A stretch of 64,000 nucleotides of DNA from Planctomycetota bacterium (GTDB lineage: Bacteria > Planctomycetota > UBA1135 > UBA2386): NCBI GenBank assembly GCA_965223545.1, contig OZ245006.1:2880001-2944000 (forward strand). Reading direction: 5' to 3'. The translations under genes and the position numbers were made by a program. The notes below the pieces were generated by a model. That model was not told the origin of the DNA, ran no database searches, and saw only the letters and a list, made by a program, of their open reading frames with translations. Shown here piece by piece: positions 19,640-30,746 of the stretch (positions are counted from its first letter, which is position 1; every line of letters starts with the position of its first letter).

Positions 19640-21025
19640 ATGAGCATCGCCATCCAGTTCTTGGGTGCCGCCCGGCACGTCACCGGCAGCAAGTACCTGA
19701 TCTCGATCAACGACAAGAACGTCCTGCTCGAGTGCGGCATGGTCCAGGGCCCGCGGGAGATCGCCAACCGAGCGAACCGCAACCTGCCGCTGGACCCAAC
19801 CAAGGTCGATGCCGTCGTCCTCTCCCATGCGCACATCGACCACTCCGGCTCGCTGCCGCGGCTGGTCAAGACCGGTTTCGACGGCGCGATCCACTGCACC
19901 GAGGCCACCGAGAGCTTGCTCGGCATCATGCTGCCCGACTCGGCGCACATCCAGGCCTCGGACGCGCGTTACCTGGCGCGCAAAGGACACGAGGTCGAGC
20001 CGGCCTACGACATCGACGACGTCAAGCGCACGCTGCGCATGACCCGCGGCGTGCCCTACTACCAGCGGACCGAGGTGCTGCCGGGCGTCTCGGTGGAGTT
20101 CCTCGACGCCGGCCACATTCTCGGCGCGGCGATGGTGGTCCTCGATCTCGACGACGGGCAGCACCAGGTGCGGCTCTCGTTCACCGGCGATCACGGGCGC
20201 AAGAACCTGCCGATCCTCCGCGATCCGGACCGACTGCCGCCCAGTGAGTTCGTGCTCACCGAATCGACGTACGGCAACCGACTGCACGAGTCGCAGACCG
20301 ATCTCGAAGAGGCGCTGGCGTCGGTCGTCAACGACGAGATCCGCGACCACGGACGCATCCTGATCCCCGCCTTCTCGGTCGGCCGCACCCAGAGTGTCGT
20401 GCTGTTCTTGGGCAACCTGATGGCGCGCGGCGCGATCCCGGAGATCCCGATCTGGGTCGACTCACCGCTCAGCACCAAGGCCACCAAGGTCATGGCACGC
20501 CACCCCGAGGTCTTCGACGACGAGACGCGCGCGATCTTGGAGAGCAATCGCAACCCCTTCTTCTTCGATGGCGTGCGCTACGTCGCCGACGTCGAGGAGA
20601 GCCGCAGCCTCAACGACGTGCGCGAGGGCGTGATCGTCTCGGCGTCGGGGATGTGCGAGTCGGGCCGTATCCTGCACCACCTCAAGCGCACCATCCCTCG
20701 CCGCGAGGACTGTGTGCTGATGGTCGGCTACCAGGCAACCGGCACGCTCGGCCGCAAGCTGCTCGACGGCTACGAACAGGTGCGCGTGCTCGGCGACCGG
20801 CTGCCGGTGCGTTGTCGGGTGCGCGCCGTCGGTGGCCTGTCGGCGCATGCCGACTACAACGAGCTGATGGAGCACACCGATCACCTCGCCGCGGCCGCGG
20901 AGTGCGTGTTCGTCGTACACGGTGAGGAAGATCCGGCGATGATCCACGCCGATCGACTGCGCGACGCCGGCTTCGGCAACGTCGAGGTGCCGGTGCGCAC
21001 GCAGCGCTTCGTGCTGCGCAAGTAG
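19640..21025 (+). CDS. MBL-fold/beta-CASP ribonuclease (Ysh1-like)
   Basis: GAARHVTGS, LSHAHIDHSG, AGHILG, FTGD, ESTYGNR, PAFSVGRTQ, SASGMC..GRILHH, SAHAD, VHGE. Confidence 0.95.
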   Translation: MSIAIQFLGAARHVTGSKYLISINDKNVLLECGMVQGPREIANRANRNLPLDPTKVDAVVLSHAHIDHSGSLPRLVKTGFDGAIHCTEATESLLGIMLPDSAHIQASDARYLARKGHEVEPAYDIDDVKRTLRMTRGVPYYQRTEVLPGVSVEFLDAGHILGAAMVVLDLDDGQHQVRLSFTGDHGRKNLPILRDPDRLPPSEFVLTESTYGNRLHESQTDLEEALASVVNDEIRDHGRILIPAFSVGRTQSVVLFLGNLMARGAIPEIPIWVDSPLSTKATKVMARHPEVFDDETRAILESNRNPFFFDGVRYVADVEESRSLNDVREGVIVSASGMCESGRILHHLKRTIPRREDCVLMVGYQATGTLGRKLLDGYEQVRVLGDRLPVRCRVRAVGGLSAHADYNELMEHTDHLAAAAECVFVVHGEEDPAMIHADRLRDAGFGNVEVPVRTQRFVLRK

Positions 21026-21159
21026 CGCTCGGGCGAGATCAGGTCGCAAGCCGTTCCCGGCGAGTGACCGCCGCGGTGGCGCAGACTACCAGACCCCGTG
21101 CACAAGTCTCGCTCACGTCGGGCGAGACCGTGTACGCATCACGGACTAGGGGGTCACTC

Positions 21160-22162
21160 ATGCAAGCTCGTTCCTTGTGCGCAGTCCGCTCGGACTCACC
21201 GCACCCATTGCCGCTCAGCCCCAAGTGGCCCCGACCGGCTACGAAGGCATCGAAGGGGAGACATATCTGAACGGCCTTGCCGGCAGATTGACTCGGGTAC
21301 AGCAGATTCACGGCGACATTCGCGGCCCGCGCACGATCACTGCCCTCGCCTGGCGGCGCGATGCACTGGAACCAACGGGGCCCCTGACGAACCCGCACCA
21401 ATCCAGGTCATCGTGCGTGTCGGAATGGGAGACCCCGCGCGTGCCACCGGCGACTTCAACGCCATTTTCATCGGCGGATCGACCATCGTCTACTCCGGGC
21501 CGGTCTGGCCGCCGCAATGGCGTTCGCCGGCCGCGTCCACTCCGGCGCCGTTCGACTTCGGGATCGCCTTCAGCCAACCGTTCGCCCTGCCGGCCGGGCC
21601 GGGGTTCGTGTGGGAGATCAGTGCGGCCTCCGACGTCCTCGGCCACGCAGACATGGTGCCGCAACACAACCTGGCTGTGGCCGAACCACTCGGCACGGGC
21701 TGCCTCTCGACTCCACAGACGAGAAGGACGGCCGGCAGTGCCGTGACTGCGATCGATCCGACGCAGCAGCTGGACATGCTGGTGTACGGCAGCGTGCTGA
21801 CTCCGCTCGCACCCGCCGCACTGCTCCTCGGCGCCAGCGATCCCAACCTGACCGTGCCGGGCCTCTGTTCCGCGGTTCGCAGCGACGATCTGATCATCGC
21901 GCCGACCACGACGGACGCGGGTGGCAACGCCAGCGTCCGCCTGCAGACGGCGTTTCGTCCGGCCTTCCTGGGAGGCTCGATCTACGCGCAGTTCGCCACG
22001 CTGGACGCGAACCAACCCGGGTTGCCGATCGGTCTCTCCAACGGGCTCCGCCAAACCGTGCCAGCGCCCAGGCCGGCCCCATCCGGCACCGCTGTGCTGA
22101 GCCATGGCGGCCCCACGCCACAGGTGTTGAGCGACTACGCGATCGTCACTCAGGTGCGGTAG
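21160..22162 (+). pseudogene. Secreted hypothetical protein split by two apparent frameshifts
   Basis: ATG 21160 gives MQARSLCAV; a second frame continues LGLTAPIAAQPQVAPTG..ALAWRRD; a third frame continues from ~21395 as PIQVIVRVGMG..LSNGL to the stop at 22162. Confidence 0.6.
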
Positions 22163-22178
22163 CAAACGCGGCGCCCAC

Positions 22179-23558
22179 TCAGTCGCCGATCACCAACACC
22201 AACCCCTGCGTCATCGCGACGAGCCGGACCCGCAGCGGATCGAACACGACGGCCTGCGCGTGCAGCCGCATGCCGGTGAGCGACGGATCCAGTGGAATCG
22301 GCACGGTCTGTCGCTGGCTGCCACCGAGGCTCGTGGTGCGCCAGGTCGCGTCGAGCAGCCGGTGCGGATCGAGCCACCAGACGCAGCGGTCGTCGAGCGG
22401 CCGGGGGCCGGCTCCCGCCGACAACAGAAAGGCCACTGCGTGCAGACTCGGGGCACCGGCGATCGCGAGCGAGAAGCTCGAGGAACCGAGAGCCGGAACG
22501 CCCGACGCGGACAACAGCGGCGTCGACACGCCTCGACCGCAGCCAGCACCGATCGTCTGCACCGAGGCCGGCACTGTGTTGCCGTAGACCCAGGCGTCGC
22601 GCTGCCACAGCGTCGTCCCGTCCAAACCTCCGTACAGAACCAGCCGCTGGCGCGTCTCGTCGTAGGCCGCCCCGGCTCCTGCCCGTGCGGTCGGAGCGGT
22701 CCCGAACGAGCGCAGCTGCCAGCTCCGCCCGTCCCATTCCCACGTGTCGCCGAGGAGCCCACCACCGTCCCGATCACGACCGCCGAAGAGGACCACAACG
22801 CCGCGATCGCGGTCGTACGCCATCGCGTGTTCCCCGCGCGCGGCCGGCGCCGGACCGGCGATCGCGCTCCACCCGACGCCATCCCAAGCCCAAGAATCCG
22901 CCAATCCCCGCCCGATGGTATCGAACCCGCCGAACAAGAGCAGCCGACCGGGGCTCGCACCGGCAACCAGGCGGTGGGCCCGCCGGGGCGGTGGCCTCAC
23001 AGCCGGCGCACGACGGGTCCACGAAGTACCGTCCCATTCCCACGTGTCGTCGAGCAGACTCCCGCTCGCATCGGAACCGCCGAACAGCACGACGCGCTGG
23101 CGCGCGGGGTCGTACCCCATGGCGTGACGCGAGCGTCGCGGGGGACTGCCGGTCGACTGCCGAACAGTCCAAGCACTTCCATCCCACTCCCAGGTGTCAC
23201 CGAGGATAGCCCCATTGCCGTCCTCGCCTCCGAACAGCACGACCCGCGCTCGAGCCGCATCGTACACCATCCCATGGTCGCGCCGCGCCCCCGGGCCACC
23301 TGCCCCGCCAGCCGCCGACCACGCGACGCCATCCCAAACAAAGGTGCCGCCGAGCACGATCCCCGCCATCCAGGATCCGCCGTGCAGCACGACCTGGCGG
23401 CGCGCCGCGTCGAACGCCATGTCGAACCGGTCGCGTTGCGAAGGCTGGCCGATCGCGGTCTTCAGCACCCACGAGGGCTGCGTGACCTGGGCATCGACCA
23501 CTGACGAAACCAGGCCCGCGACAGCCAAACAAAAACCGATGCGGGTGTTCTCTTGCAT
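22179..23558 (-). CDS. Secreted Kelch-like beta-propeller protein with C-terminal beta-rich domain
   Basis: Signal peptide; about six R..H.MAYD..R..VVLFGG...DTWEWDG..W repeats. Confidence 0.88.
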   Translation of the reverse strand: MQENTRIGFCLAVAGLVSSVVDAQVTQPSWVLKTAIGQPSQRDRFDMAFDAARRQVVLHGGSWMAGIVLGGTFVWDGVAWSAAGGAGGPGARRDHGMVYDAARARVVLFGGEDGNGAILGDTWEWDGSAWTVRQSTGSPPRRSRHAMGYDPARQRVVLFGGSDASGSLLDDTWEWDGTSWTRRAPAVRPPPRRAHRLVAGASPGRLLLFGGFDTIGRGLADSWAWDGVGWSAIAGPAPAARGEHAMAYDRDRGVVVLFGGRDRDGGGLLGDTWEWDGRSWQLRSFGTAPTARAGAGAAYDETRQRLVLYGGLDGTTLWQRDAWVYGNTVPASVQTIGAGCGRGVSTPLLSASGVPALGSSSFSLAIAGAPSLHAVAFLLSAGAGPRPLDDRCVWWLDPHRLLDATWRTTSLGGSQRQTVPIPLDPSLTGMRLHAQAVVFDPLRVRLVAMTQGLVLVIGD

Positions 23559-23581
23559 GGGCGAGATACGGGCCGGAGGGT

Positions 23582-24277
23582 TCAGACTCCCCGCAGCGCG
23601 TCGAGCTGCTCGCGCAGTTGGGCGAGCTCGGACTCGAGCTGTGCAACGCGAGTCTCGAGAGCACGGAAGTCGTCGTCCGAGAACGCGGGGGTCGCAGTGG
23701 TTGAGGGAGCGGGCGTCGGCGGGGCCGTGGATGTGGGGCGCGGCACGAGGGTGTCGCCCTCAACGGCCGCCTCAGCGCTCGCCTCAACCTCGGTGCCGTC
23801 GCCCAGACAGTGCGCCCAACGCGCGTCGCGCTCGCGCGGCCGTCGCGGCTGGAGCTGCGCGAGCGGATCGCCGACGCGCTCGCGCAGCGAGGCCAGCACC
23901 GCCAGCACGTCGTCGGGCCCACCGTGGAACCCCATCCGCGCAACCCGCGGTTTGAGCGCGCCCGGTGCCTGTGGACCGCGAACCAACAACTCGGCGAGCA
24001 CTGCCTTCTGCCGTTCGTCGAGCCCGAGTTTCTGATCGACGTCGTGCCGGTAGTGATCGGCGCGCGCCCCCTCGACCTTGATCACCCAGCCCTCGAGCTG
24101 CAGGGCCATCAGCGCGCCGGCGATCTCGAAGTCTTCGAGCTCCATGACGGGATCGCGGTTGCTCTTCTGGTTGCAGCCGGCGAGCAGCGCATTCAGAGTC
24201 ATCGGGTACGAGTCGGGAACGGCGAGCTGCTTCTCGATCAGCACGCCGACGATGCGCTGTTGGGTCCGGTCCAGCAT
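23582..24277 (-). CDS. YceH/DUF480-family protein
   Basis: RIVGVLIEKQ..PDSYPMTLNAL..GCNQKSNRDPVM, LLVRGPQAPG, C-terminal coiled coil. Confidence 0.93.
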   Translation of the reverse strand: MLDRTQQRIVGVLIEKQLAVPDSYPMTLNALLAGCNQKSNRDPVMELEDFEIAGALMALQLEGWVIKVEGARADHYRHDVDQKLGLDERQKAVLAELLVRGPQAPGALKPRVARMGFHGGPDDVLAVLASLRERVGDPLAQLQPRRPRERDARWAHCLGDGTEVEASAEAAVEGDTLVPRPTSTAPPTPAPSTTATPAFSDDDFRALETRVAQLESELAQLREQLDALRGV

Positions 24278-24356
24278 GGCAGTCAGGGGTCGTCGCGGAC
24301 CGCCAGTCTTCGCACGCCGGCTGCGGATTTGGAAGCCCCGCCCCACGGAGCGGTGA

Positions 24357-24845
24357 TCAGAGCCGCTTGGCGAAGCACCGCACGAGCCCGGCATCGGCGA
24401 AACCTACGGCGCGGTGCGCAGCCACGCTGACCGCATTGTCGGGCGCGGCGTCGGAGGCGAACTCGACACAACCCTGCGCGCGCCCCCAGCTTTCGGCTGC
24501 CGTGACGAGGGCGCGGCCGACACCCTGCCGCCGGGCGGAATCCCCGACGAACCAGCCCTCCAGATACGCTACGTGACTCGTCGCGCAGCCCTCAGCGTAC
24601 GGACGAATGGATACTTCCGCCATGCCGACGGCCTCGCCACCGCGCCAGGCGATCAGTGCGATCCAAGGACCACGCGGGAACTCGCCGGCGAAGTACTGCT
24701 CGACCTCGTCGCGATGCTCGTCGGCGGAGCCGTCGGGCCAAAGGGCGCGGCGCATCGCGGTCCAGACCGCGGCATCGGCGGGCTCGACGGGAAGCACGCG
24801 GAGTGCTCGGGGTGCGTCTCGTGCGTGCGCTCGGGAATCCGTCAT
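24357..24845 (-). CDS. GNAT acetyltransferase, AAC(6')-I-like
   Basis: MRRALWP, AEVSIRPYAEGC, AYLEGWFV, RRQGVGRAL, GCVEFASD, N..S..AH.AVGF. Confidence 0.85.
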   Translation of the reverse strand: MTDSRAHARDAPRALRVLPVEPADAAVWTAMRRALWPDGSADEHRDEVEQYFAGEFPRGPWIALIAWRGGEAVGMAEVSIRPYAEGCATSHVAYLEGWFVGDSARRQGVGRALVTAAESWGRAQGCVEFASDAAPDNAVSVAAHRAVGFADAGLVRCFAKRL

Positions 24846-24924
24846 CGGCGAAAGGAGAAGGGACCGAGACCCGCCGAAGAGGGGCTGGCACTCAGCGGCC
24901 GGGTCGTCGAGCATCTTCGCCGAC

Positions 24925-26187
24925 ATGCCGGGGCTTCTCCATCCCAGCCGCCGACAGCTATTGGCCGCCGCCACCGCTGGTGCCGCGCTGCGTCCCCTGC
25001 TCGCGGCCAGCGTCGGTCGACGCCCACACCGCGCCCCGCGGCCCGGAGCAGCCGATGAGTACACGCTGAGCGCCGAGGTCACCTACCTCAACCACGCCGC
25101 GATCGGCACCATGCCCCGCGTGCTTCAGGAGCAACGCGCTGGCTACCTCGCGACGCTCGAAGAGAACCCGTGGCTGTACCTCTGGGGTGGCGGCTGGGAC
25201 GCGGCCAGGGAGCGCACGCGGGCAGCGATGGCGGCTTTGCTCGGCGCCACGGCCGAAGAGCTCGCCATCACCCACAACACCACCGAGGGATTCAACCTGC
25301 TCGCGTCGGGGCTGCCGCTCGCCGGGCCGCGCGCGGTCGCGTTCTCCGGCCTCAACCACCCCGGCGCAAGCGTCGCGTTCCGCCATTGGGGCGGCCGCCG
25401 CGGCTACAGCGTGCACGACATCCCCCTCGCCTACGACCGCGCCGCGGCGATGGACGACGCGGAGCTCGTTGCCGCGCACTGCGACGGTCTGGATGAGCGC
25501 ACACAGTTGCTCGTCTTGCCGCATCTCGACAACGCCATCGGCCGACGCCATCCTCTGCCCGAGCTGGTGGCCGCGGCGCGGCGGCGCGGCGTGCGCTGGG
25601 TCGCGGTCGACGGCGCGCAGACGGTCGGCATGGTCGACGTCGACGTGCGCGCGGCCGGCGTCGACTTCTACGCAACCAGCCCGCACAAGTGGCTGCAGGC
25701 ACCCAAGGGACTCGGCGCGCTGTACGTGGCGAACCGAGTCCTCGACGTGCTGCAGCCGATGTGGGTCACCTGGGGGCAGGAGCCTTGGGCTGGAACGGCG
25801 CGGTTGTTCGAGGACTACGGCACCCGCAATCTGCCGGAGGTGCTGGTGCTGGGCGACGCCGCGCTGCGGATGCGGACGCTCGCCGCGGGCGATCGCGACG
25901 AGCACCTGGGCGGACTGTGGCAGCGCCTGCGCGACGGCACCGCGGCGCGGCCACATTTGCGCTGGGAGGCCCCCGCGGACTGGGAGCGCGGCGGCGCGCT
26001 GGTCGCGATCGGGGTGCGCGGTCGCGACAGCCGCGAGGTGGCGGACCGGCTATGGCAGGAGCGCGGCATCGTCACGCGCGCGTTCCACAGCGAGGGCCTC
26101 GACGCACTGCGCGTCTCGCCCGGCCTGCCTACCACGGCGAAAGACGTAGACGCTCTGTTCACCGCGCTCGACCAGATGCGAGGCTGA
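24925..26187 (+). CDS. Class V PLP aminotransferase (isopenicillin N epimerase-like) with Tat signal
   Basis: SRRQLL Tat motif; YLNHAAIG, NTTEG, VDGAQ, SPHKW (PLP Lys), LRVSP. Confidence 0.88.
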   Translation: MPGLLHPSRRQLLAAATAGAALRPLLAASVGRRPHRAPRPGAADEYTLSAEVTYLNHAAIGTMPRVLQEQRAGYLATLEENPWLYLWGGGWDAARERTRAAMAALLGATAEELAITHNTTEGFNLLASGLPLAGPRAVAFSGLNHPGASVAFRHWGGRRGYSVHDIPLAYDRAAAMDDAELVAAHCDGLDERTQLLVLPHLDNAIGRRHPLPELVAAARRRGVRWVAVDGAQTVGMVDVDVRAAGVDFYATSPHKWLQAPKGLGALYVANRVLDVLQPMWVTWGQEPWAGTARLFEDYGTRNLPEVLVLGDAALRMRTLAAGDRDEHLGGLWQRLRDGTAARPHLRWEAPADWERGGALVAIGVRGRDSREVADRLWQERGIVTRAFHSEGLDALRVSPGLPTTAKDVDALFTALDQMRG

Positions 26188-26191
26188 TGCC

Positions 26192-26950
26192 GTGCTCGCC
26201 CTCGACGACGGCTATCACGAGCATCCCGTAGACGCCACGCTCGCCGCCACCGCGGAGTGTGTCTGGACCTTCGCCCCGGGGCGCGGCGCGCGGCATTCGA
26301 CGTTCCGCGTGCTGCCCGACGGCTGCGTCGACGTGCTCGTCGACCTCGCTGCCGGCACCGCGCGGCTCGTCGGCCCGATGACGCGGGCGATCGTGGTGGC
26401 CCAGGACCGACCGCACCTCGCGGTGCGGCTACGGCCGGGGCGCGCCGGCCGCCTGCTGCCGCTGCCGGTCGACGCATTGACCGATACCGTGGTCCCTCTG
26501 GCTGAACTGTTCGCCGAGGGTGAGCAGCTAGCCGAGCGGGTCGCGGCGGCGACCGACTTCGCGGTCGCACGGCGGCGCTTGTGCGCGTTCTTCACCCTCG
26601 ATGCGGCCGGTGAGTCGACCCATCACCGCCTCGCTGCGGCGGCGGCGGACGCCCTGGCCCGCCCGGCGGCGACGGTCGAATCCGTCGCGCGCGGACTCGG
26701 CGTCAGCCGCCAGCACCTGACACGGGTGTTCCGCCGCCACGCGGGACTCAGCCCGGTGCAGTGGACTCGGATCGCCCGCCTGCAGCGCGGCGTCGCGCTG
26801 GCACTCGACCCGGCCCCGTACGGCGAACGCCCTTCGTGGGCAGCGATCGCCGCGCGCGCGGGCTACGCCGATCAGTCCCACCTGATCGCGGAGACCAAGG
26901 CGCTGTGCGGGGTGACGCCGACCGGGCTGATCGCGGAGCGCGGCGAGTGA
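26192..26950 (+). CDS. AraC-family transcriptional regulator
   Basis: VLPDGCVD N-domain; VSRQHLTRVF..GLSP and GYADQSHL..E HTH motifs. Confidence 0.92.
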   Translation: MLALDDGYHEHPVDATLAATAECVWTFAPGRGARHSTFRVLPDGCVDVLVDLAAGTARLVGPMTRAIVVAQDRPHLAVRLRPGRAGRLLPLPVDALTDTVVPLAELFAEGEQLAERVAAATDFAVARRRLCAFFTLDAAGESTHHRLAAAAADALARPAATVESVARGLGVSRQHLTRVFRRHAGLSPVQWTRIARLQRGVALALDPAPYGERPSWAAIAARAGYADQSHLIAETKALCGVTPTGLIAERGE

Positions 26951-27039
26951 ACGCGAAGCGAGAAAATCGAGTCTGACTCGGTACGGGTCGGTTCCGAATC
27001 TTCAAGTGCTGGCGGGCGGGGGGTGGCACGCTGCGCGGC

Positions 27040-27426
27040 ATGAAGAAACTGACCCCGATTCTCTACGTTGACTCGATCGAGAGCTGCCTGCCGTTTTGGT
27101 GTGAGCGACTGGGCTTCACCTGTCACTTGAAGGTGCCGGGCGAGGACGGGCTGAACTTCGCCGCGGTGCAACACGGGGAGATCGAGGTGATGCTGCAGAC
27201 CCGGGCAAACGCGGCGGAGGACGCGCCGGAGTTGACGGCCGGAGTGACCGGGGCGACCGTGCTGTTCGTCGAGGTGGACGCACTGCAACCGATCGAGGAC
27301 GCCCTGGCCGGAGTCGAAGTGGCGATGCCAAAGCGCAAGACGTTCTACGGCGCTACCGAGATCGCGGTGCGCGAGCCGGGTGGGCATCTCGTGGTGTTCG
27401 CCGAGTTCGAACCCCGCGCGGAGTGA
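27040..27426 (+). CDS. VOC/glyoxalase-family protein
   Basis: LTPILYVDSIE...FW..RLGF ... TFYGATEIAVREPGGH. Confidence 0.9.
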   Translation: MKKLTPILYVDSIESCLPFWCERLGFTCHLKVPGEDGLNFAAVQHGEIEVMLQTRANAAEDAPELTAGVTGATVLFVEVDALQPIEDALAGVEVAMPKRKTFYGATEIAVREPGGHLVVFAEFEPRAE

Positions 27427-27465
27427 TGCAGTAGGTGCCGGGTTGCCGGAGATTGTGCTCGCCTC

Positions 27466-28149
27466 TTGCCCCGGCGCGATCCGCCCGCTCCGCTGCCCAG
27501 CGTGACGGCATCCCTCCCCTCGACCTTCCGGCTCATCTTCTGGCCCACCGTGATCACCTGCGCCGTCGGCGCTCTACGCCTCTGGCTCGAGGTGCAGGGA
27601 TCGGTGACCGCCGCGACCGGAGGCCGGCTCCACCCACTCGGCATCACCTGGCTGGCGTTCGTCTTCGGCGGCTACTTCGGCTGGCGACTGCGCCGCGGCG
27701 GCTCGGCACCCGGCCTGCGCAAGGCGCCGCTGTGGGCGTTGCTGGCGATGATCGGCGTCGTTGCCGCGGTGATGATCAACTTCTCGCAGATCGACCCCAC
27801 CGATCGCTCGCAGGCGGGCTACGAAGCACTGCGCGGGGCGGTGCGCAACATCATCCTGATCGCGATCGCGCTCGCGCTGCTCACCGTCGCCATCTGGCGC
27901 CGGCTGGCCTGGACGCTGTTCTGCTACGGCCTGCTGGTCCGTTTGTTCGTCGTCGCGCAGACCTGGCTCGCGAAGAGCCAGGGGTGGGACACGCACTACA
28001 CCAAGTTCGGGCCCAGCGGCATCGAGCGGCCGATGGCCGAGACCATGTCATCGGCGAGCTTCGCGCAGCTCGGGTTCTGGGTCGCGTTCACGATGGTGGC
28101 CGGCGGCCTCGTCGGCTGCGTCGCGGGCGCCCTCGCCCGGCGGCGGTGA
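27466..28149 (+). CDS. Hypothetical membrane protein
   Basis: About six hydrophobic segments; start uncertain. Confidence 0.7.
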   Translation: MPRRDPPAPLPSVTASLPSTFRLIFWPTVITCAVGALRLWLEVQGSVTAATGGRLHPLGITWLAFVFGGYFGWRLRRGGSAPGLRKAPLWALLAMIGVVAAVMINFSQIDPTDRSQAGYEALRGAVRNIILIAIALALLTVAIWRRLAWTLFCYGLLVRLFVVAQTWLAKSQGWDTHYTKFGPSGIERPMAETMSSASFAQLGFWVAFTMVAGGLVGCVAGALARRR

Positions 28150-28173
28150 CGCGCGACGGCGAGCGCACGACGG

Positions 28174-28961
<788 letters not shown>

Positions 28962-28965
<4 letters not shown>

Positions 28966-30575
28966 CGCCCGTCGGCTCCCGGGGGCGGTGGCCAGACGCG
29001 GCGCAGAGCGGCGACCGGGATGACGTAGCCCATCGCCGGCGTGTAGGGCCCTTCCGGTGTGCGCTGTACGCGCGTGACCACGCCGAGGATGTTGCCGCGG
29101 CGATCGACCGCGGGGCCGCCGCTGTTGCCGGGGTGGACCGCGGCGTCGACCTGCACGTAGGGACCGACGACCCGGCTGACGATGCCTTTGAACGTCGAAG
29201 CGATCACGACGTCGCCCGCTTGGATCGCCATCTTGCCGAGCGGAAAGCCCGACAGGTAGACCTCACTGACCGACGACGGCGGCGCGCGGGTCACGTCGAT
29301 CGACTCGATGTGCGGCATGCCCTCGAACGGCTCGATGGACAGCAGCGCCATGTCGTCGTTGTTCTCGTAAACCGATCGCACCACGGCGGCGGGGTGGCGC
29401 TCGGCGGTGCCGTTGAACACGACCTGCACCTCGGTCTCGACCTCGAGCATCGAGCGCATGCGGACCACGACCGGGTTGGTGCGGCCGGGGTCCACGACGT
29501 GGGCGTTGGTGAGGATCCAGCCATCCGGCCCGACCGCGAAGCCGGAACCCGACGCCTCGACGGCGAACGGCTCGCCGCGGCCGTCGAGGTTGAATCGCAA
29601 CGTCGTCTCGTCCTCTTCGACCCGCAGGTAGTCACCGCCATCGGGTTGCCGCAGGCGGGTGGTCGCCTCGATGTAGACCACCGCGCGGGTGACGCGTTCG
29701 ACGGCCGCGAGCTGCGGCTGCTCCAGACTGACGTGATTGAAGCGGTCGAGCTTCTGCTGGGTCGTCGCCAGCTGCGCGCGCAGGCCCTCGAGCCGCGAGG
29801 CCGAGGTGCCGGCGTCGTTCTCGAGCTTGCCGATGCGCTGCATCAGACCGACGCGCTCGGTCTCGAGTCGGGTGCGCTCCTCCGACCAAACCGCCTCCTG
29901 CAGCGCCGCCGCGCGCGCCGCTGCCGAGCGCTGAGTCTGCAACTCCTGCCGCACGCCCTCGAGCCGCTCCGCCAGCGCCTCGTTGAGCGCGCGCAACCGC
30001 TGGTTCTCAGCACCGGCCTGGGCGCGCGTGGCCCAGAACACGCCGGCCGTCGCGACCACGGCAACGCTGAAGGCGGTGGCGACCAGGATCGTCGTCCGCC
30101 GCCGGTTGCCGCGAATCAGGTCGTCGACGTCGACGTTCTTCGGCACGCCGAGCGCATTCTTGATGCGCACCAGCGCGCTCTGCGTCAGATCCCGGTTCTC
30201 GCGGCTCCGCGGCAGCGGCACTCCGGGGAGCGTGTCGCGCAGCACGCCGCCACAGACCGCGGCAAAACGCGGCCCCATGTGGCCGAGCTGCACGATGTCG
30301 CCGTTGGCCAACCGCCGCTGCTCGACGCGTTCGCCGTTGACCAGCGTCCCGTTCTTCGAGCCCAGATCTTCGATCACCGGTATGCCGTCGATCAACCGGA
30401 CGCGGCAGTGCGTGCTCGACACGTAGGGGAACCGCTCCTCCGAGATGGAGACCTCGTTGGTGTCGGCGCGCCCGATGGTCACGCCGTCTTCGCTGACCTC
30501 GATGCGGGCCGACACGCCCTCGATGTCGGCGAGGGGCTTGAGCAGCCATTGGTCGTTGCAGTCTTCTGGGCGCAT
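28962..30575 (-). CDS. FHA domain + TM + coiled coil + trypsin-like serine protease
   Basis: IGRA..VSSTH..DLGSKNGTLVNG (FHA); TM segment; SGSGF, LTNAHV, DMALL, HPGNSGGP (catalytic triad). Confidence 0.92.
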
Positions 30576-30746
30576 GCGCGGTGCACCCGAGTGTATGGCG
30601 ACGGTGCCGAGCGCGCGCAACGGCGCGGCCAGAAACCGCCCGCGGTCGGCCGCATTCGTCGGCACCGCGCGATGGGGTCACGACCGCAGCGCGAAATCCG
30701 TGAATTGCCTGCATCACCGGATCCGCGCCGGGGCTCTCCACCAGCG

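Noticed and set aside
29133..30746. 5' extension of the 1316-aa ORF 29133..33083
   Set aside because: Overlaps the FHA-protease on the opposite strand; sigma homology begins at ATG 30747.
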